Positions 39,001 to 43,557 of a DNA stretch of 43,557 nucleotides are shown piece by piece. The notes under the pieces were generated by a model that was not told the origin of the DNA, did not search any database, and saw only the letters and a program-made list of their open reading frames with translations. Where the stretch lies: assembly GCF_001194135.2 (NCBI RefSeq), contig NC_068989.1, positions 75,762,918 through 75,806,474 of the forward strand. Reading direction: 5' to 3'. Both the position numbers and the translations under genes were made by a program. The number at the start of each line of letters is the position of its first letter. The first letter of the stretch is position 1. The DNA comes from Octopus bimaculoides (lineage: Eukaryota).

Positions 39001-41276
39001 ATGAAGTAATTTAATTTTCCCGCTGTAACAACTCCAACAAAACCATCTTCCCCAGCACTACGACGACCACTAAAAGAAAATTGATTTAAAAAAAAAATTG
39101 GTTCATTTACAGAAAATAAGGAAGCATTGAAATGACTTACGGACACAAGAATGGTTCAAGTAAAAAACATCACCAAATTGTGTGCCATCTTCAGCAGCCG
39201 GTATGGCATAACTCATTGTATTGTTTTCCTTATAAAGAACATAACCGTCATCGCAATTACAAGTGTAGCTTCCGTTTACATTTGTGCAGGAGTGTTGGCA
39301 GTTACCATTGCTTTTTTGGCATTCATCAATGTCTGAAAATTAAATGTAACATTTGAAGATTACAATGGTAAAAACGAACAAACCCCACCCACCATAAAAA
39401 ATAACAATCCCAAAACAAGGCAATGCAAATCAGGTTACTGATATTTTAATGTTCGTGGAAAGACTCTTCTTCTTCTTCTTCTTCTTCTTCTTCTTCTTCT
39501 TCTTCTTCTTCTTCTTCTTCTTCTTCTTCTTCTTCTTCTTCTTCTTCTTCTTCTTCTTCTTCTTCTTCTTCTTCTTNNNNNNNNNNNNNNNNNNNNNNNN
39601 NNNNNNNNNNNNNNNNNNNNNNNNNNNNNNNNNNNNNNNNNNNNNNNNNNNNNNNNNNNNNNNNNNNNNNNNNNNNNNNNNNNNNNNNNNNNNNNNNNNN
39701 NNNNNNNNNNNNNNNNNNNNNNNNNNNNNNNNNNNNNNNNNNNNNNNNNNNNNNNNNNNNNNNNNNNNNNNNNNNNNNNNNNNNNNNNNNNNNNNNNNNN
39801 NNNNNNNNNNNNNNNNNNNNNNNNNNNNNNNNNNNNNNNNNNNNNNNNNNNNNNNNNNNNNNNNNNNNNNNNNNNNNNNNNNNNNNNNNNNNNNNNNNNN
39901 NNNNNNNNNNNNNNNNNNNNNNNNNNNNNNNNNNNNNNNNNNNNNNNNNNNNNNNNNNNNNNNNNNNNNNNNNNNNNNNNNNNNNNNNNNNNNNNNNNNN
40001 NNNNNNNNNNNNNNNNNNNTTATCTACTCCCGATTACAATGGCAGCTAAAAGTGTTAACGAAAGCGTGGTACAATTTTATCACGCCTTACTCGCTTACAA
40101 ATGACGGTTAGCTAAAAATCGGTCGTAGATTCTTCCAGTCATTTTTTATGTTCTTTATTCACTAATCTATGCTTTTATTTGACCGTTATTATTATTTTCT
40201 TTCTTTTTTTTTTTTTTTTGCTTTGTATTTCATATTCTCAGCGTTTAGAAGCTAGTTTCGGTCATTGAACTAAGGTTACGCAGCTGCAAATATTTTGTGC
40301 GTATTCATGTCTGTAAGTGATTGTATGACGGCGCATGACATACTGGTTAGGATGTTGTGCTTACGATCGAGAGACCGTGAGTTCAATTCCTGGACCGGGT
40401 GGTGCGTCGTGTTATTGAGCAAAACACACGTGCAATTTTTAAATTAGTCGACAAATAAGGGAGGTAACTTTGGATATAAAAATAGTTTTGTTAAGATTTT
40501 TATCAGTAAATGATAGCGTGCACCGTTCTTGTGAAGAAAGTAAGAATCGATATTCAGTGTAGAATACTGTAGATGTGCAGGCTTAAGAAAATGGATTAAA
40601 TATTTCAGTAATTCAAACAAATGATAAAAGAGACTAAAAGAGACTAGTTGAATGAATAGAGCGTTGAGAAGGTTAACTAGACCTGAACACATGGTAATAC
40701 AGGTAGAAATAGAAACACGGTTAAGCTCATAAATTTGTAGATCTTAAGTAGATGTTTACATAAGTAGATGAATAAATAAATAGGTAGATTATTCTTTTAT
40801 TCTCTTATTCTTTTATTCTTTTACGTCTTTCAGTCATTTGATTGCGACCATACTGGAGCTCTGCTTTGAAAGTTCTTTTTTAGTCGAACAAATCGACCCC
40901 AGGACTTATTTCTTAAGCCGATTATTCTGTCGGTTACTTTTGTCGAACCTCTAGTCTACGGATACGTAAACACACCAACACCGGTTGTCAAGTGGTGATG
41001 GGTAGGGGAGGACAAACACAGACACACATACATGTATATACAGGGTGACCCAAAAGTAGGTTTACAGTTATTCAACTATCTCTTTCGCATTCATACATTA
41101 ACAGTTTAGATCTTAATTATAAAAAAAAAAAATGAAACCATTATTCTATGCTAATTTAGTGAATTGTGTCAAGCTCCCTTTTCAGTTTGTAAGATAGAAA
41201 TTTAAATGTAACAGAATGTTTTAAAAGAAACTTAAAGTGCCTACGTGATAACTGCAAACCTACTTTTGGGCCACCT

Positions 41277-41332
<56 letters not shown>

Positions 41333-41499
41333 GGGTAATATTATTAATAATTTTACCAAGTAGTCAGTACGTTAAAAAACCCTTTTAGGTAAATTATACA
41401 AAATATTTCATAATTATAATAAGGGGGCAGCTAAGTGTCTCGCCACATACTGAATTAGAAATAGACGCTAAAATCTTTTCAACTACTAATTATAGAATA

Positions 41500-41538
<39 letters not shown>

Positions 41539-41816
41539 AGGACTGGCTTTCAGTTTCAGTCCACCAAATCCATTCACAAGGCTTTGGTCGGTCCGAGGCT
41601 ATAGTAGAAGACACCTGCCTAAGGTGCCACGCAGTGGGACTGAACCCGGAACCTTGTGGTTGGGAAGTAAGCTTTTTACAACACAGCCACGCCTGCACCT
41701 TTGGATTAGTAATAATATATTTGATTCACGGAGCATTTAAAGTGCTTCACTAGGAATAAATATGTTGTGAGATGAGACAGAGATAGATAAACAGGTAGAT
41801 AGACAGACGGCTAGAG

Positions 41817-41878
<62 letters not shown>

Positions 41879-42879
41879 GGGGAGAGAGAGAGATAGAGAG
41901 AGAGAGGAACAGAGAAAGACCGATAAAATGACAAATAAGTAAGATAGTATTAACATATCTAATGAATGGTGCATGGAAAAACAATCCGCAAAGCAAAAAT
42001 ATGCAGTGTTTAAAACACAACAATAATAATAACCAGTGACTAACATTATATTCATTTTCCAATAGAAAATCGGAGCTTGAAAGTAAAGCTATATGAATCC
42101 GCATAGTTTGTGAAAGGATTAATTAACTTCAGTTATGACATGGTTACAAATAGCAGCTGTAATTTGGTACAATTTCCTAACCTATAAATTAAGAACTTTA
42201 TGAATGCTTAACGTATTATATTTTTAGCCATTGCTTGCTGACATACTTAGTCACTGCATATATATTTGTAAGTCGTTCCAGCTGATAGAGGATTTCTGAA
42301 TGACAAAACACGGAGGAAATAAATCTTAACAGAACCCCCCCCCCCACAAAAAAACAACACTTCCTCTAAGATAGTTGCACTAGCTATTTGTTTCTTATTG
42401 GTAGTTTTCACAGTCTAACTAGTGGCAAATGTTATGATTTTGATCGCACTGCATCTAAATTGGTGAGGCCAAGAAGTGTATAATGGCGTCTCGGCTATCC
42501 CATCTTTCCATATATAATATTCGGGTTTGCAACTTTGGAAGGTTTTCAGTTTGCAATCAATCTATAACAGGTTATTGTTGTTGTTCTGCTGTTACTTATA
42601 TCGAAGATGATTGTGTGAACATGAAATATTCTACGTGTTACAATCATGTACCTTAATTTAGAGTTTAGTGTATCTAAGGCGACAGTATCCAATCTAAAAT
42701 GTAGAATATAATTTAATAATAAAAGAATAAAGAATAAAACCAGAATAAAAGAATAAAGAATAAAAGAATATATGGAAAAGATATATATATACTCTTATCA
42801 CTCTTTGATAGTGATTTCGCAGCATATGTAGAACAAAAAAAAAAAACAAATTTATAAGCGATTCTCCTCCCGCCCCAAG

Positions 42880-42978
<99 letters not shown>

Positions 42979-43318
42979 CTCGCTCTTTCTCCCCACCTAT
43001 GTAGCAGCTCTCAGTGAACAAACCACGTATATTCGAAGAGATTTATTTAACATATCGATCTGTGCTTCATTGCAACTGAAGTTAACATCCTACTCGAGCA
43101 TTCTGTACAAGGTTCAGAAAATATTGCCATCTAGTTTTTGATTCAGGGGGCATTTAGTAACCACTGGGAAATACTTAAAGGAAAAGTCATTGAAATACCT
43201 TCACATGAGCTGTTGTCAGCCTTTAGAGTGTAGCCTTTCGCACATTGGCATTTATAGCTTCCTGGTGTGTTTATACAGATTTGCTCACATTTATGGTGAC
43301 TGTTACATTCATTTATAT
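531..43318 (-). CDS. uif-like: Partial multi-exon gene (14 coding exons in window, 840 codons): uninflatable-like / SVEP1-like EGF-sushi-HYR-GCC2_GCC3 extracellular protein
   Basis: Exons 43199-43318, 39141-39332, 36718-36897, 35678-35878, 33445-33636, 30406-30597, 29196-29435, 23488-23688, 19244-19461, 15116-15362, 11392-11559, 5833-6000, 1654-1740 and 531-644 all have AG/GT ends and matching phases, and join with no stop. Domain order and motifs ([52 protein letters not shown]) match Drosophila Uif as I recall it (ESGERDGDTYQRNKTCV, RQCVYDP, DNVVRC..DGIWDFGDLRCEGPVCEDP). Not database-verified; orthologue vs paralogue is unresolved. Confidence 0.9.
828..886. repeat. (TG)n microsatellite
   Basis: Direct read. 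Similar tracts: (AAT)n 6625-6697, (TA)n 30244-30284, (CA)n 42884-42975. Confidence 0.98.
1654..1740 (-). CDS. Exon 13: EGF domain (first five Cys)
   Basis: poly-T cag|AA ACA AAC ATA gives [29 protein letters not shown], then G|gttagt; 87 nt, phase 1-1. Confidence 0.9.
1951..2722 (-). mobile_element. Cluster of three tRNA-derived SINEs, family A (about 1951-2098, 2122-2324, 2531-2722)
   Basis: The minus strand reads aaggcgg..agctggcagaatcgttagcac (A-box-like), gagttcaaattcc (B box), then gcctttcatcctttcggg.tcgat...aagtaccag, a conserved central domain resembling the Meta-SINE domain as recalled. Confidence 0.85.
4112..4528 (-). mobile_element. CORE-type tRNA-derived SINE, family B (octopus OR-like)
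   Basis: Minus strand: tRNA-like head (gtgtgtggtaagaagcttg...gggttcagtccc), CORE-like ccttgggcaagcgtcttctactatag, internal (TG)n, tail ...gactgcaacaagtaaaa. Confidence 0.85.
4690..5090 (+). mobile_element. GC-richer interspersed-repeat-like block, possibly a LINE (RTE-like) 5' region
   Basis: Abrupt GC rise between two SINEs; the ORFs 4716-4907 and 4751-5089 have no recognisable domain. Family assignment is weak recall only. Confidence 0.25.
5176..5532 (+). mobile_element. Family B CORE-type SINE, internally deleted, plus strand
   Basis: gcgtggctgtgtgataagaagcttgcttcccaaccacatggttc..., gaccaaagccttgtgagtggatttggtagacggaaac, tail tgactgaaacaagtagaagataaaa; the CORE segment is missing. Confidence 0.85.
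5833..6000 (-). CDS. Exon 12: GCC2_GCC3 Cys repeat
   Basis: ctttacag|CG CAG TGT gives [56 protein letters not shown], then G|gtaagt; 168 nt. Confidence 0.93.
6006..6078. repeat. Compound (AAG)n(AGT)n(AAT)n microsatellite abutting the exon 12 acceptor
   Basis: Direct read. Confidence 0.97.
6085..6560 (+). mobile_element. Interspersed repeat family D; related pieces at about 17575-17640 (+) and, inverted, 14400-14545 and 20490-20650
   Basis: Shared core gcttgtcagttgtttgaccttaaccagttgagcatgtcccttagtggctgac; its reverse complement is at about 14470-14520 and 20560-20615. Class unknown. Confidence 0.7.
6890..7134. mobile_element. Old MITE-like imperfect palindrome (about 115-bp arms)
   Basis: acttttaagttatcgctacagatattc...gcgatcgagaacaaaaaaatag pairs with ctatttttgtattttcgatcgc...gaatatttgtagagatgacttaaaaagt, roughly 75-80% by eye. 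It directly follows a truncated family A SINE (6768-6883). Confidence 0.75.
7173..7362 (-). mobile_element. Short element inserted in a (TA)n tract, with a Penelope-type terminal motif
   Basis: Flanked on both sides by (TA)n. The minus strand has gttgaagagcgtagctcgaaacgtcaaag, similar to the hammerhead-bearing ends of Penelope-like elements. Confidence 0.55.
8547..9330 (-). mobile_element. Internally deleted, decayed mariner transposon
   Basis: The minus strand from ATG 9245 reads [62 protein letters not shown]. It then jumps at about 8730 to the C-terminus [27 protein letters not shown]. One end is TA|CGAGGGATACCCAAAA at 8547; the other terminal repeat was not found. Confidence 0.88.
10168..10353 (-). 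mobile_element. Family A SINE (further decayed copies at about 7390-7534, 9340-9505, 10005-10145)
   Basis: gatcccgaagaaatgaaatgcaaagtcgacccctgcggcatttgaactcagaacgg...caattctgccagctcactacctt. Confidence 0.85.
11392..11559 (-). CDS. Exon 11: GCC2_GCC3 (ephrin-receptor-like) Cys repeat
   Basis: ctcttcag|TT AAA TGT gives [55 protein letters not shown], then G|gtaagt; 168 nt. Confidence 0.93.
14293..14674. repeat. Copy 1 of a ~400-bp direct repeat (partner 20366-20779)
   Basis: Collinear from taacacgattttt...agcaactgttatttt..cctatttgc to ttgaaggga.....atttcctttg; includes the family D core. Confidence 0.85.
15116..15362 (-). CDS. Exon 10: second half of linker
   Basis: tcag|ATC GTG ATG gives [82 protein letters not shown], then A|gtatgt; 247 nt, phase 0 to 1. 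The polypyrimidine tract falls in the N-gap starting at 15367. Confidence 0.8.
15367..15793. other. Assembly gap (others: 21634-22034, 24047-24543, 25857-26251, 31122-31407, 39577-40019)
   Basis: Runs of N, most with a microsatellite on at least one side; they may hide exons. Confidence 1.
16329..16968 (-). mobile_element. Penelope-like element 3' remnant: linker plus GIY-YIG endonuclease
   Basis: Minus strand: [31 protein letters not shown] (linker), then [32 protein letters not shown] (GIY-YIG-like, frameshifted), then [27 protein letters not shown]. Confidence 0.85.
16979..17160 (+). mobile_element. Inverted second copy of the Penelope-like 3' end (pLTR-like)
   Basis: ccctggaggaatgaataagatgacaggagaatatcatcaaattt..tttgattaa ([20 protein letters not shown]) plus its tail is the reverse complement of 16367-16499. 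Confidence 0.85.
17723..18150 (+). mobile_element. 5'-truncated R4/Dong-type non-LTR retrotransposon: restriction-like endonuclease C-terminus plus 3' UTR
   Basis: [36 protein letters not shown]...IGI...[15 protein letters not shown] is the typical end of RLE-type ORFs; the element ends in aacaataacaataataataa. Confidence 0.8.
18264..18390 (-). mobile_element. Family A SINE 3' part with (ATT)n tail (plus-strand (AAT)n at 18217-18263)
   Basis: aatcctttctattataggcacaaggcctgaac...ttatcgaccccgaaaggttgaaaagtaaagtcaacc. Confidence 0.8.
18585..18966 (-). mobile_element. Apparently full-length tRNA-derived SINE, family C
   Basis: Minus head gtggaggtgcaatggcgcagtgattagggcagcggactcgcggtcataggatcgcggtttcgattcccagg (A and B boxes); tail ...tcgacgtcgtaagcgacggagtgccaacaac. 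Confidence 0.9.
19244..19461 (-). CDS. Exon 9: first half of Uif-type linker between sushi and GCC2_GCC3 repeats
   Basis: ttttcag|TC ATA AGC gives [73 protein letters not shown], then |gttatg; 218 nt, phase 1 to 0, complementary to exon 10. Confidence 0.82.
19636..19915 (+). mobile_element. tRNA-derived SINE sharing the family C tail
   Basis: Head gtggctaagtgattagg...gagttcgatacctgg; 19745-19914 is the reverse complement of about 18591-18770. Confidence 0.85.
20366..20779. repeat. Copy 2 of the ~400-bp direct repeat (partner 14293-14674)
   Basis: Same collinear blocks, roughly 75-80% identical by eye. Confidence 0.85.
22036..23235 (-). mobile_element. Near full-length mariner (DD34D) transposase pseudogene, coding span 23081 to 22077
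   Basis: [92 protein letters not shown]. There are 34 residues between the second (D to G) and third catalytic positions, plus stops and frameshifts. Terminal repeats are lost to a gap and a microsatellite. Confidence 0.93.
23360..23421. repeat. 17-bp minisatellite (tttttacctacttctgc), about 3.6 units
   Basis: Direct read. Confidence 0.95.
23488..23688 (-). CDS. Exon 8: sushi-like domain
   Basis: tttgcag|CA AAA CCT TGT gives [67 protein letters not shown], then G|gtaagt; 201 nt. Confidence 0.9.
25075..25856 (+). mobile_element. Pyrimidine-rich repeat ending in a Penelope-type hammerhead-like motif
   Basis: Long C/T-rich segment followed by tctCTGATGAagggatatccataatattccccAAAACaggtGTAagac; runs into an N-gap. 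Confidence 0.5.
25756..25803 (+). ncRNA. Degenerate minimal type I hammerhead ribozyme motif
   Basis: Stem I tct/aga, core CTGATGA, stem II ggga..ttccc, AAAAC in place of GAAAC, short stem III, GTA cleavage triplet. Probably inactive in this copy. Confidence 0.45.
26508..26908 (-). mobile_element. Family B CORE-type SINE
   Basis: gtcatcagactgcagccatgctagggcaccgcc...tttcagtttccgcctaccaaatcc...gggactgaacccag. Confidence 0.85.
27120..27965 (+). mobile_element. Decayed 3' end of a CR1/L2-group LINE reverse transcriptase
   Basis: [20 protein letters not shown] at about 27548-27615 and [13 protein letters not shown].....FKRYIN at about 27873-27948 are typical C-terminal motifs of these elements; many stops. 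Confidence 0.7.
28030..29155 (-). mobile_element. Family A SINE copies (about 28030-28250, 28282-28360, 28980-29155) around a (CA)n tract at 28872-28963
   Basis: ggcacaaagccagcaatttc...ggtacttattttatcgacccc...gatttgaactcgg...cgattctgccagctcgc. Confidence 0.8.
29196..29435 (-). CDS. Exon 7: HYR domain
   Basis: tttttag|AT GTT AAA AAG gives [80 protein letters not shown], then G|gtagga. HYR hallmarks P.FTDNSG and VEYTATD.AGN..TC are present; 240 nt. Confidence 0.92.
30406..30597 (-). CDS. Exon 6: sushi/CCP domain
   Basis: atttcag|GA GTG ATG TGT gives [63 protein letters not shown], then G|gtaagt; 192 nt. Confidence 0.93.
31836..32266 (-). mobile_element. Family B CORE-type SINE
   Basis: cttgtttcggtcattaggctgcgaccctg...cgacgggcttctttcagtttccgcctaccaaattc...aagcaagcttcttaccacaaagccacacctgtgcc. 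Confidence 0.88.
33445..33636 (-). CDS. Exon 5: sushi/CCP domain
   Basis: ttccatag|TT ATC GAC TGC gives [63 protein letters not shown], then G|gtaaga; 192 nt. Confidence 0.93.
33928..34181 (-). mobile_element. tRNA-derived SINE with a V-domain-like core
   Basis: Minus head gtagaggcgcgtggcttagtggtt...ggtttcgatccctgg, then ctccagtccactcagctggcaaaaatgagta and cctgtgacggactggcatcccgtccagg. Confidence 0.8.
34722..34935 (-). mobile_element. Family A SINE
   Basis: ttggtttcaaattttagcacaaggccagc...gaaaggatgaaaggcaaagtcaaccccggcagaatttgaactcag...ttctggcagctcaccgactt. Confidence 0.88.
35678..35878 (-). CDS. Exon 4: atypical Uif-type sushi domain
   Basis: attacag|AA ATG AAA TGC gives [67 protein letters not shown], then T|gttagt; 201 nt. 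Confidence 0.85.
35992..36365. repeat. Compound microsatellite field: (CTA)n(CTG)n(CTA)n, then (CA)-rich 12-bp units (gacacacataca)
   Basis: Direct read; accounts for the low-complexity ORFs at 35956-36501. Confidence 0.95.
36718..36897 (-). CDS. Exon 3: sushi/CCP domain
   Basis: caaccag|GG GTC ATG TGT gives [59 protein letters not shown], then G|gtatgt; 180 nt. Confidence 0.93.
37735..38413 (-). mobile_element. Three family A SINE copies of increasing integrity (best copy 38205-38413)
   Basis: ggtacttaatttatcgacccgaaaggataaaaggaaaagttgacctcggtggaatttgaacccag...cgattctgccagctcgccgccc. Confidence 0.85.
39141..39332 (-). CDS. Exon 2: cbEGF with Uif-type insertion
   Basis: ttttcag|AC ATT GAT GAA gives [64 protein letters not shown], then C|gtaagt; 192 nt, phase 1-1. 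Confidence 0.93.
39465..39576. repeat. (CTT)n microsatellite running into an N-gap
   Basis: Direct read. Confidence 0.98.
40328..40430 (+). mobile_element. tRNA-derived SINE head fragment
   Basis: ggcgcatgacatactggttagg...cgtgagttcaattcctggaccggg. Confidence 0.65.
40790..41699 (-). mobile_element. Family B SINE split into two parts (about 40790-41035 and 41537-41699) by inserted sequence
   Basis: Tail half (cagtcatttgattgcgaccatactggagc...ggacaaacacagacac) and head half (ctttcagtttcagtccaccaaatcc...acacagccacgcctgcacc) lie in the expected order. Confidence 0.8.
41041..41278. mobile_element. Tc1/mariner-type MITE
   Basis: About 30-bp terminal inverted repeats cagggtgacccaaaagtaggtttacagtta / taactgcaaacctacttttgggccacctta, TA on both flanks, non-coding interior. 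Confidence 0.85.
43199..43318 (-). CDS. Exon 1 in window: calcium-binding EGF domain
   Basis: ttttcag|AT ATA AAT GAA TGT gives [40 protein letters not shown], then G|gtattt; 120 nt, phase 1-1. Not in the ORF track. Confidence 0.92.
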
Positions 43319-43451
43319 CTGAAAAGAGAAAGGAAAAGTAGTGTTACGTTTGTCGCTAATGACTTCTATTGGTTTGCTCAAAACTTAATATCATATGCAT
43401 GCTAGATAGGTAGATAGATACATACATACATTCATGCATCTATCTTTCTCT

Positions 43452-43557
<106 letters not shown>

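Noticed and set aside
15108-40111. Long ORFs containing X runs
   Set aside because: Artefacts of N-gaps; only the parts matching exon 10 are real.
42420-42560. Minus frame [11 protein letters not shown]... in intron 1
   Set aside because: No EGF or sushi Cys spacing, wrong phase, no good donor.

Overview
AT-rich, microsatellite-dense eukaryotic genomic DNA with six N-gaps. The SINE repertoire looks like octopus/cephalopod (inference from recalled repeat families, not a search). The whole window is the interior of one minus-strand gene. I reconstructed 14 coding exons (43318 down to 531, 2520 nt, 840 codons, all GT-AG, one continuous open frame). They encode cbEGF, cbEGF with an insertion, 4 sushi, HYR, sushi, a two-exon linker, 2 GCC2_GCC3 (ephrin-receptor-like Cys repeats) and EGF repeats. 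This is an uninflatable (Uif)-like / 'SVEP1-like' extracellular protein, open at both ends of the window. The introns hold at least four tRNA-derived SINE families, two dead mariners, two MITE-like hairpins, a Penelope-like GIY-YIG remnant with an inverted terminal copy, an R4/Dong-type endonuclease remnant and a CR1/L2-group LINE 3' end. They also hold several degenerate hammerhead-ribozyme-like motifs, local duplications and a near-perfect, loop-less 230-bp palindrome. I found no clearly new biological system. The best leads are the trimmed Uif-like architecture, intronic dsRNA-forming structures (one inverted pair brackets exon 9), the hammerhead remnants and a strong SINE strand bias. Repeat boundaries and identities are by-eye estimates.
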